NCBI GenBank assembly: GCA_028826165.1
Contig: JAPDFW010000063.1
Span: 1,379,719 to 1,443,718, forward strand
From: Anaeramoeba ignava BMAN
Taxonomy: Eukaryota > Protista > Anaeramoebae
DNA length: 64,000 nucleotides
Reading direction: 5' to 3'
The notes under the pieces were generated by a model. It worked only from the letters and a program-made list of their open reading frames with translations. It was not told the DNA's origin and did no database searches. The position numbers were made by a program, and so were the translations under genes. Of this stretch, positions 53,247-64,000 are shown one piece after another; the stretch's first letter is position 1, and each line of letters starts with the position of its first letter.

Positions 53247-56200
53247 TTATTTCTTATTAGTTTTATTTGCTCCATAAATATAAATTAAAGAATCAGCAGA
53301 AATTGCAACTTTTAGATAATAAGGATGAAAACTTATATTATTAATTAATCCAGTTTTTGGAATAACAAAAGAATCAAGATAACCAATTCTATTTAAACTT
53401 TCTCCTCCAAAATCAAAAGCAGTTGCTAAATGATTTGAAGATCCACTATTAAATTAAAATTAAAATTAAATTAAAATTTGAAATTAAAATTGAAATTAAA
53501 TTAAAATTTGGAATTAAAATTAAATTTGAAATTAAAATTAAATTTTTATTTACCTAATAACTAATGGAAAACAATCATGTATATCAAATGCTGTCATTGG
53601 ATTAGATGCTGTAAATTTACTAATAGGTGATTGTTGTAAACTTAAATCTCGAACAACAATCTCTCCTTGAACTGATCCACTAACTAAATATTGTAAATCT
53701 TCTCTTTGTTTATAAACATTAATAACTCGTGAATTATGATCTTGAAAACTATGAACCAAACTTAATTTTGATCTAATATCATAAATAAAAACAGCTCCAG
53801 TATTTGATCCTGAATAAAGAAGATTTGGGTTGCTTTGATCACTACATAATGATTTAATTGAATGTTCACAATGTGTTGGAATTGTTGCAAATTCTAACTC
53901 TTTGCAAATATCCCATATCTTGATTTTACGTGTTCCTGTTGTTACAAATACATATCCATCATATTTATTAAAATCATAAATGCAATTCCCACTTCTTTTT
54001 GGTAAAACATCAAATTGTGGGAATGTTTTCCATCCAGTAATAAGTCTTGGTTCAAAATTTGTTTCTTTGAGTGAATAATCTCCCCAAATTTTCATAACTC
54101 CTTGACTATCTCCTATCATTATCAATGGGTTTTCTTCAACATCTTCGTTAATTAGTTTCATATACGTGATTTCTGTTCCTTCATCGTTTTTATTGTTGAA
54201 TTTTGTGATTATATTTGGTATTGATTTTTCCCAATTCCATATTGAGATTATTCCTTTATTATCACTTGAAAATAAAACATATTGAAATGGATGAAAACGT
54301 ACTTGATTTACTTTTTCAGATGAAATATCAATTACACATTTTTGTTCATTAAATTTGATGTTTTTATCTTTTACATTTTCACTGTTTTCAATAAGATATT
54401 TCTTTGTTTTTTCAAGAATTAATTCTTTTAATTCATCTGAATAAATTGTTCTTTTTTCTTGTTTTTTTTCTTCATTTGTTTCTTGTGTTATCGTAATATT
54501 AGTATTGCTTAATTTTTGATAATTTGATAATGAAGATTGTATTGGAAAATGTGATAAATTGCTTCTATTTATGTTTTTTCCATTTAAGTAATTGAAAGTA
54601 TTATGATTTTTTGTAATTTCCATAAAAGGCTCTTTGAAATATTGGCAATTCCATTCATAAAAATTAGAAACAAGTGGTTCTATTGTACTTTCTTTTTCTG
54701 AATTATATCCAATTTCAGGATCAGAATCATATCCTTGTAAATGATTTTCCAAAATATTTTTTTGTAAAGGTGATTTTCCTTTTTGAGGTTTTGGTGATTT
54801 TCCATTTATAGGTTGATTTATATTAAAAGATTTAGTTTTTTTCATATTTTCAGCAAAAAATGAAGTATCAGTAATTGATTCTTTTTCATTATCTTTTTCA
54901 TTATTTTTTTCAATTTCTTTAAATTTTCTTGGTGATGTTTTTAAGCTTGTATTAATTTTCTTTTCTCTAATTGAAGATTTGACCCTTCCACGAGGTTTAT
55001 TTGGTAATAAAGAAGAAGAACTATTATATCTTCTTAATTTACCTCGAGTATAACTTTGACTTATTGATTTAATATTTTTATTTGGATATAAAGAATCATC
55101 ATCTTCATCATCTTTATCATCTTTCCACATATCATTTTCTCCTCTACTTTTACTTTTTCTTCTTGTTCTATTTTTTAAAGGAAGCATAATTGTTGTTGTT
55201 TCAATGTTTGATTCCATGTTTAAATCATCTGAATATTCTGTTTCTCCATCAGAAAAAAAACTTCTTTTTTGAATTTCTTGTTTTTTCCAATAAACTTTTA
55301 ATCTTAATGTGAAATTAGAAGCAAGATCTTGAATTTCTGTAAATGGATCATTACATAATTGTGTTAAAGAATCCCACCATAAAGAAAATACTGTTGATTC
55401 ATGATCATAATTTCTTGAATTTTGTGGACTTTCTTTTTTTTCTTTATAATTATAACCAACAATTTTTCTAATTTTATCTTATTAAATTAAATATTAAAAT
55501 AAATATTAAATTAAATATTAAATTAAATATTAAAATGAATATTAAAATAAATATTAAAATAAATATTAAAATAAATATTAAAATAAATATTAAAATAAAT
55601 ATTAAAATAAATATTAAAATAAATATTAAAATAAATATTAAAATAAATATTAAAATAAATATTAAAATAAATATTAAATTAAATATTAAAATAAATATTA
55701 AATTAAATATTAAATTAAATATTAAAATAAATATTAAAATAAATATTAAATTAAATATTAAAATAAATATTAAATAAATATTAAAATAAATATTAAAAAT
55801 AAATATTAAATTAAATATTAAATTAAATATTAAATTAAATATTAAATTAAATATTAAAATAAATATTAAAATAAATATTAAAATTAAATATTAAATTAAA
55901 TATTAAAATAAATATTAAAATAAATATTAAAATTAAATATTAAATTAAATATTAAATTAAAAATTAAAAAAATAAATATTTAAAATAAATATTAAATTAA
56001 ATATTAAATAAAATATTAAAAATAAATATTAAAATTAAATATTAAAATAAATATTAAAATTAAATATTAAATTAAATATTAAAATAAATATTAAATTAAA
56101 TATTAAATTAAATATTAAAATAAATATTAAATTAAATATTAAATTAAATATTAAAATAAATATTAAAATAAATATTAAATTAAATATTAAATTAAATATT

Positions 56201-59200
56201 AAATTAAATATTAAATTAAATATTAAAATAAATATTAAAATTAAATATTAAAATAAATATTAAATTGAATATTAAATTAAATATTAAATTAAATATTAAA
56301 TTAAATATTAAAATAAATATTAAAATAAATATTAAAATAAATATTAAATTAAATATTAAATTAAATATTAAAATAAATATTTACTTTCATGACTACAAAT
56401 TAATTGAGTTAAAACAATTAATAATTCTTTCCTAACAATAGAACTTCCATCATGAAGTGCAACTAATAATGAAACACTCATACTCAAAATTGCATTTTTT
56501 TGTTCTTCATTTTGAGATGAATTTCCAATAAAAGTTGATAAAGCATAAATTGAACTTGCTCTAACTTCAGGTGAACTATCATTAAGTAATTGAATAAGTT
56601 TATCAGCTGCTGCTTCTCTAAATCCTGTTTCTTTTGCTTCATCATAATCTTCCCAAAGTTTAGATAAACATAAACACATCCATTTCCGAATTAATCCATC
56701 ATTTGATTCTAATTTGGAAAGACAAATCTGTAATAAATTTGCTGATAAACATTCTCTTTTTCCTGAAGAATTATTATTTTGTATTTTAGATAAAATAAAT
56801 CCACTCAAAATACTATTTGTTGTCTCAGCTGAAAAAGAAGATAATGTATCTATAAAATAAAGAAGACATCTTTTATCTTTAACAAGTTCTTTTTGACAAC
56901 TCTGTAAATTTTTTGTAAAATATTATTTTTTTATGTGTGAATGTGAATATAATAAAAATCTTCTTATAAATTCTGTTTTTAAATTTACTTCATCAAAACA
57001 AATTATTTTTGCCCAAATAAAAATTAATAAATTTTTTAAATCAGGATTAGAACTTTGTAAAAGAGTTAAAACATAAGGAAATATTCCAACATCCAAAGAT
57101 TGATAAATAGCCCAATCTCCCAAATCAAGAAATCTAGCCAAAAGAAATAAGGCTCTTTTTCTATCTGCTTGACTTAATAAAAATTGTAAAATAATTGGGA
57201 GATGAATAATTCCACTTTTGATTTTAGTTCCTGAATTAAGCCAAATTTCAAATGCTGTTAATTGATCCTTAAAAAAAGTATTTTGTTGGAATTGATATTT
57301 TGGATTTATCATAAATAAAGGAAGTTGAGAAATACAAAAATCAACAGAAAAATCCCAAGTTTTCCAAAGTGGATGATTCCATGTTGAAGGTATTTGAGGA
57401 TATGTAAATGTTGTGCAATTCATAGTGTGAAGAATTCTTTCAGCCAACAAATAATTTCTAAACAAACTTGCAACCAAAATATCTTGTCTATATAATTTAT
57501 GGAATAGTTTATGAGGCAAAATATCCCAAGCGATTGTATCTGTAATTGATGTAAAAATCCAATTTAATTCTCCCAAAGCTGATTTTCTATCTGAAAATTT
57601 TCCTGGAATTTTATTAATCATATCATTATCTATATTTTTTAATAAAATATTTGCTCCCATTTTTGAATAAAAATGCCAATTTAATGCTATTTTCATTGGT
57701 GTTGTTAAACAACTTGTAAATAAATCTGCTGGAAATTTTGGATTTGTTGGTAGTTCTTCTTCTCCTCTACAAGGAGCAAGAATGATATATTTTATTTCCT
57801 TTTCCTTTTTTTTTTCTAATGTTTTTTCAAGTTCTTTTTCTAAATCATCTCCAATTTTTTCATATTCTTTAAAAGCTGGTAAAAGTAAATCTGCTTTTGC
57901 GCAATCAAAAACACAAATTAAAGGTCTTCCAAGCCAATCTATAACATCATATATTGATAATGGTATATATTGTGTATGATTTTGATTGAAAATCCATATT
58001 TCTTGATTTTTTGTTGGTTTTGGAACTCCATGTCCATTATAATGAAATAATATTCTATTTTCAGTAATTTTTTTTAATCTTATACATGATTTTCTAAATT
58101 TTTCAACATATGGATCACTTAATTTTTCATATAAAATCTTTTTTTTAATTAAATATAAGAATAAAAATATATTTATAAATAAAAATATATTTATATTTAT
58201 ATTTATATTTATATTTATATTTATATTTATATTTATATTTATATTTATATTTATATTTATATTTATATTTATATTTATATTTATATTTATATTTATATTT
58301 ATATTTATATTTATATATTTATATTTATATTTATATTTATATTTATATTTATATTTATATTTATATTTATATTTATATTTATATTTATATTTATATTTAT
58401 ATTTATATTTATATTTATATTTATATTTATATTTGATATTTATATTTATATTTATATTTATATTTATATTTATATTTATATTTATATTTATATTTATATT
58501 TATATTTATATTTATATTTATATTTATATTTATATTTATATTTATATTTATATTTATATTTTATATTTATATTTATATTTATATTTATATTTATATTTAT
58601 ATTTATATTTATATTTATATTTATATTTATATTTATATTTTATATTTATATTTATATTTTATATTTATATTTATATTTATATTTATATTTATGTTTATAT
58701 TTTATATTTTTTTTATTTTATATTTATGTTTTTATATTTTATTTATATTTTATATTTATATTTTTATGTTTATATTTATTTTATATTTTATATTTATATT
58801 TATATTTATATTTATATTTATATTTATATTTATATTTATATTTATATTTATATTTATATTTATATTTATATTTATATTTATATTTATATTTATATTTATA
58901 TTTATATTTATATTTTATATTTTATATTTATATTTATATTTATATTTTATTTTATATTTATTTATATTTATATTTATATTTATATTTATATTTTATATTT
59001 ATATTTATATTTATATTTATATTTATATTTATATTTATATTTATAATTTATATTTATATTTATATTTATATTTATATTTATATTTATATTTATATTTATA
59101 TTTATATTTATATTTATATTTATATTTATATTTATATTTATATTTATATTTATATTTATATTTATATTTTATATTTATATTTATATTTATATTTATATTT

Positions 59201-59675
59201 ATATTTGTATTTATATTTATATTTATATTTATATTTATATTTATATTTGATATTAAATCTACTCTTGGTTGCCATTGTTTATATTGTTTTTCAAGTGTTT
59301 TTTCAATATCTTCAATAGCTTGATTTTGAGATTTTAAAAATGGATCTATCCAACATTGTAAAATGGAACAATTATCAGGTTTATCAACATCTGGTGGATT
59401 GATTCCAATATTTAAACAATAACAAATTAATCCATGTGTTGTTTTTATCTTTATTTCAAAAAAAAAGTAATTTAAACAATGATTTTGATTTTAATTTTAA
59501 TTTTAATTTTGATTTTGAATTTTATTGATTTTGAATTTTGATTTTGAATTTTCTTTCTTTCTTTTTTTTTTACTCTTGTTTTAATTCTCCAATCAGTTTT
59601 TTGTAAATAATTTAAAGGAATTGTTTGTGGTTTATGATGTTCTTGAAAAAAAAAAAGTTTATCTTGATAATTCAT
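53247..59675 (-). CDS. RPTOR: Raptor/KOG1 (TORC1 subunit): RNC domain, HEAT repeats, WD40
   Basis: DWRIKTR|IKT..CLNIGINPPDV..CWIDP, RILFHYNGHGVPKPT, LGELNWIFTSITDTIAW, RQDILVASLFRN, SPEVRAS; repeat introns 58138-59262 (TAAATA)n and 55478-56384 (12-mer). Confidence 0.93.
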
Positions 59676-59853
59676 TTAAATTTTTAATTTTTATTTTTCT
59701 TTTTTATAAATATCTAAATATTTTTTTATATTTAATTTAATTTAATTTAATTTAATTTAATTTAATTTAATTTCCTTTTCTAATTTATTTCCAAATAAAA
59801 AAAATGAAAAAATGAAAAAATGAAAAAATAAAAAATAAAAAATAAAAAAATAA

Positions 59854-59925
59854 CTCGGGTACGGGGAATCGAACCCCGATCTTGAATGTGAAAGACTCAT
59901 ATACTAACCATTGTACTATACCCGA
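59854..59925 (-). tRNA. trnE-UUC: tRNA-Glu (anticodon TTC)
   Basis: TCGGGTA/TACCCGA acceptor stem, D-arm GTAC-AATGGTTA-GTAT, anticodon loop CTTTCAC, T-arm CGGGG-TTCGATT-CCCCG, downstream T-run Pol III terminator. Confidence 0.95.
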
Positions 59926-59949
59926 TTTAATTTAATTTAATTTAATTTT

Positions 59950-60960
59950 AAATTATTTTTTTTTCTTATTTTTTATTTTTAAAAAAGTAATATTTTTAAA
60001 TATTAATTTTATTTTTTTATTTTTTTATTTTAATTTAATTTAATTATTTTTAAATAATATTAAATTATTAAATTTAAATAAATTTATTTACAATTTATAT
60101 TTTATATTTATTTTTATTATTAAGAATATATTTTTAAATTTATTTTTATTTTTAATATTTTTATTCCACTTTTTATTTTTATTATATTTTTATTCCACTT
60201 TTTTTTTAAATAATATTAAAATATTAAATTTAAATAAATTTATTTATAATTTATATTTTATATTTATTTTTATTATTAAGAATATATTTTTAAATTTTAT
60301 TTTTATTTTAATTTTTATTCCATATTTTTAATAATATTAAATTATTAAATTTAAATAAATTTATTTATAATTTATTTTTTCTTATTTTATTTTTAAAAGT
60401 AATTTTTAATTTTTATATTTTTTTATTTTTTATTTTAATTTATTTTAATTATTTTTAAATAATATTAAATTATTAAATTTAAATAAATTTATTTATAATT
60501 TATATTTTATATTTATTTTTATTATTAAGAATATATTTTTAAATATTATTTTTTATTTTTATATTTTTATTCCACTTTTTATTTTTTTATATTTTTATTC
60601 ACTTTATTTTTTTAAATAATATTAAAATTATTAAATTTAAATAAATTTATTTATAATTTATTTTTATTTTTATTTTTATAATTTAAGAATTTATTTTTAA
60701 ATTATATTTTTATTTTAATTTTTATTCCACTTTTTTTATTTTTATATTTTTATTCCATTATTTTTAAATAATATTAAATTATTTTAAATTTAATTAAATT
60801 TATTTATAATTTATATTTTATATTTATTTTTTATTATTAAAATATATTTTTAAATAATATTTTTATTTTTATATTTTTTAATTTTATTTTTTTATTTTTT
60901 ATTAAATTATTAAATTTAAATAAATTTATTTTTTTTATTTTTATTTTATTTATTTTATTT
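59950..60960. repeat. Degenerate AT-rich tandem repeat, ~120-160-bp units x ~7
   Basis: Core AATAATATTAAATTATTAAATTTAAATAAATTTATTT recurs near 60051, 60207, 60330, 60456, 60613, 60765, 60900. Confidence 0.8.
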
Positions 60961-61110
60961 TGATTTGATTCAAAAAAAAAAAAGAAAAAAAAAACTATTT
61001 TAGAGTTCATAAATTAATGTTAATAATAAGAAATGAATTATACAAAAGCATGTTTGAATTAAATTTTCAAGATTTATTTAATCATTTTGAAAAAAAAAAA
61101 TTTATAAATT

Positions 61111-62580
61111 CTAATTGTGAAAATATATTTCAATTTCTTCAATTTCCCATCTATCTGAATTTGAAAATATTTTCCGATTTTCAAAATCGGATTCTAAAAA
61201 TTGACTTGGAATTACATAAGAAAAACCAAGACTATCAGAACTTCCACTTCTTAAATTACCATCAATAGATAAATCCGAATTTCCAAAATAAGGACCATGT
61301 TTAGGTTCATATCTTAAAGCACAAAGTTCTTGACCAGGTTCTATTGGTAATTTAAAAGGTTTTGAATTTAAAGGATTTTTCAAAGAAAATAAAAAAGCAT
61401 TTTCATCTTTAATCCAATCACCAAGATAAATTGAATGTTCTTTTATTTTTGATTTATCCCAACCAACTGATGTGTATCCTCCAAAAATAAAACCATCTTT
61501 ACTTTTGATTACAACAAGTGTTTTTCCCTTCCCATCACAAATTTCATGGAATTTTACACATGAAAATCCATTTCTTTTTGCTGAAAATCCCAATTTTATT
61601 GATTGAAAAAATATTGGATCATCGATCCATTCTTTTAATATTTTGTAATAACCAATATTTTTGAAAATTCCAGATTGGAAATCAATTCTTGGAGTAAAAA
61701 TTAATGAATTTTTCTTTTCTTCTTCTTCTCGATAAATTTTTTTGAATGAATCTTCATAATTTGAATTATCAAAAGGAGCAACAGAATAATATTCGAAAAT
61801 TTTGTTTGAAATTTGATTTGGAATCAATTCCAAATTGGAAAATTTAGAGAAGTCTTCGTTCCTGAAATCAATGAATCTAATTTTATTGAATAAATTTGAT
61901 AATTTTAGTTTAATTTTTGATTTTTCTTGATTATCCATTTCATCAATTTTTTTTGGGATATTTTCTTGATTTTTAGCCCAATCAATAAGAAATTGGAAAA
62001 TATCAAGTTCTTCTGCAGCAATATCATTAGAAGAGATTATTTTAAGAATTTGATTTTCTTCGAGTTGATAGAAATAAGAAGATTTAGAAAATTCAATAAA
62101 ATGAGAGTTTATAAAATTATAACAAGAAATTGATAAATCATTTAAATCAAGCGATTCAGAAATTTTAAGGATATCAACAACAGTTTCAATTCCACAATTT
62201 TGGATTATAAAATTTGAAGTAGATTGAATTAATTCTTCTATTAAATATTTAACTGAAAAAATTAAAATATTGATTGCATTATTTATTGTTAATTCAAGTT
62301 TTCCTGAATAAAAATATTGTAAAATTGATGATAAAGTGTTTTTTGAAACATCTTGTAAAATTATTTTTCCTTCATGAAATTCTTTCATTTTAGAACGAAA
62401 TAATGAATTAAAATATTGACTTCTTGATGATAGAATTGATTTATGACATTTAAATACAGTTTGTTGATTTTCATTTATTTTGCAAATTATATCGAAATCA
62501 TTAAATTGATTTTGAAGATTAAATAAATTTTCTAAATCTTTTGAAAGTTTTTCTGTATTTGAATAAAAAGAAGAAGACAT
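61111..62580 (-). CDS. BTB-BACK-TLDc protein (intronless)
   Basis: FKCHKSILSSRSQYFNSLFRSKMKE (BTB); EELDIFQFLIDW..IRF (BACK); GFSCVKFHEICDGKGKTLVVIKS.DGFIFGGYT, GPYFG, EIEIY (TLDc). Confidence 0.9.
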   Translation of the reverse strand: MSSSFYSNTEKLSKDLENLFNLQNQFNDFDIICKINENQQTVFKCHKSILSSRSQYFNSLFRSKMKEFHEGKIILQDVSKNTLSSILQYFYSGKLELTINNAINILIFSVKYLIEELIQSTSNFIIQNCGIETVVDILKISESLDLNDLSISCYNFINSHFIEFSKSSYFYQLEENQILKIISSNDIAAEELDIFQFLIDWAKNQENIPKKIDEMDNQEKSKIKLKLSNLFNKIRFIDFRNEDFSKFSNLELIPNQISNKIFEYYSVAPFDNSNYEDSFKKIYREEEEKKNSLIFTPRIDFQSGIFKNIGYYKILKEWIDDPIFFQSIKLGFSAKRNGFSCVKFHEICDGKGKTLVVIKSKDGFIFGGYTSVGWDKSKIKEHSIYLGDWIKDENAFLFSLKNPLNSKPFKLPIEPGQELCALRYEPKHGPYFGNSDLSIDGNLRSGSSDSLGFSYVIPSQFLESDFENRKIFSNSDRWEIEEIEIYFHN

Positions 62581-62840
62581 TTTAAAATGAAATAAAAAAA
62601 AATGAAAAAACAAATTATGAAAAAAAAATAATTTTTTTGAATTCATTTTTTTCATTTTCATTTTTATTCCATTTTTAAATTTCCATTTTTTCTTCTAATT
62701 CACCTAAAAAATAAATTAATGCAACAGCCCTATAAAATTGCAATTGGAAAATGGGCACAAATACAAAAAAAAATCAAACAAACAAGAAATAATTTTTTTG
62801 AAAGAAGCATTTCAGTAAAAATTAAAATGAAAAATTAAAA

Positions 62841-63935
62841 ATGAAAAAAATTAAAAATAAAAAAAAAAAAATGAAAAATAAAAAAACAATCAAAAACTGC
62901 GCATATAAAAAGATCAGCCAAGTATCATTCACACCAATCCACAAGGAAACGTTGAGCACGGAGATGCATGAACAAGAAAAAAACCGAAACTACTTGAGCG
63001 CAGAAATACAAGCGAAGGATCTACTTGACATGATCAATCTGTTCATAGAATGTTTCCCTTCAGGAAGACTCAGCAAGAAATTTGTGATTATTCGGGACAT
63101 AATTGCGATGCCAGAGAATATAAAACGAATTTCGACGAAACAAACAAATCTCTTTCATCTTTATCATTGGTTTGTTCAACTCAGCATGAAAGATTTCCAG
63201 AACAAATTTGCGGAGCTTGATCTCAACCAGGAGATGTTCAAATCTGGACTACAAATCCCAATATATCACATTCTTAACTTGCTGTCATTGAGCCGGAAAT
63301 TGCATTCTTATAAAAATAACAACGACATCATTGATCATCCCCGCATGCCGAAGTTCTTCCAGATGGGGTCGCTCGAGGACTAATGGGGGCGCAATTGGAT
63401 GGGGGTGTATCCAGACGCGGAAAGTGATGAATCACCTGAAAATTCGGACTCAAGTGAATCAATTGAAGAAACGGTTTCAATTTCGACGTCAAAAAATAAG
63501 ATCGACGCGTTCCACTTTAATCATTTGAACAACAAGAAAACTCACGTGCGCGTTGATGAGGAGTATGTTCCTAGTTTCAAGGTGATCTGGTTCGACTCGG
63601 CAAATCCAGAACAAGATGAATTGCGAAAAGACATTGTGAATGAATTGAAAAAAATCGAAGATGTCAATTTCATCGTGAGCTACACAACGCAGCCAAATAA
63701 GAAGTACATCAACCAGATCTACCACAGCTACTTCCGCGGTTCTGTTCGCGGCGAGATCCGTGCCATTATTGCTGCCGAAACGGCTCTGGAGTTTGTCCCC
63801 ATTCTGCGCAAGGAAATCAAGTGCGTAGAATTCCCCATTTTGATATACTGTCCGAACAACGCGACCACAAACGATATGACGATCGAGATCTATAAATCAT
63901 TCATTGCTGAGAAGGGTTCCAAAACGTGTGGGTGA
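62841..63935 (+). CDS. Unknown GC-richer gene: two in-frame ORFs separated by one TAA (63381-63383); probably continues past an intron at the window end
   Basis: ORFs 62841-63383 and 63399-63935 share a frame; VIWFD...PILIYC segment resembles a receiver-like alpha/beta fold; true start uncertain. Confidence 0.45.
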
Positions 63936-64000
63936 CTGACATCCGAAAAATCCTTTTTCATTTCTGTTCCATTTTCAGTTACCCGCCTTCGCCACAGAGC

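Overview
Very AT-rich, intron-containing eukaryotic (protist) nuclear DNA using the standard genetic code. The gene content and (EN)n/(QN)n microsatellite style resemble the metamonad Anaeramoeba; this is inference and unverified. 1-13.2 kb is a head-to-tail array of 7 intronless RCC1-propeller + tandem-BTB genes with hypervariable propeller loops, a near-invariant BTB half and a CaaX tail that is open in one copy and silenced by in-frame TAAs in others. It is followed by an IQ-DH-PH-Kelch RhoGEF, two divergent Rab GTPases, UTP7/WDR46, a coiled-coil/PH protein, a small Cys-rich membrane protein with an 8-nt microexon, a C2 protein with a PMMM/Q tail, an ankyrin-BTB protein sharing the array's BTB module, a LIN-9/ALY-like gene, an F-box multipass membrane protein, Pumilio, U-box/ARM, a histone H3 variant with a ~20x K(G/A)Q repeat-expanded tail beside a ~150-bp satellite, Raptor, tRNA-Glu(TTC), BTB-BACK-TLDc and a GC-richer unknown gene at the right end. 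Long introns are filled by private tandem repeats that avoid AG, and many 3' splice sites are poly(A)-AG. Scattered single-base frameshifts, mostly in A-runs, look like long-read assembly errors. All domain calls are by eye from motifs; no searches were run.
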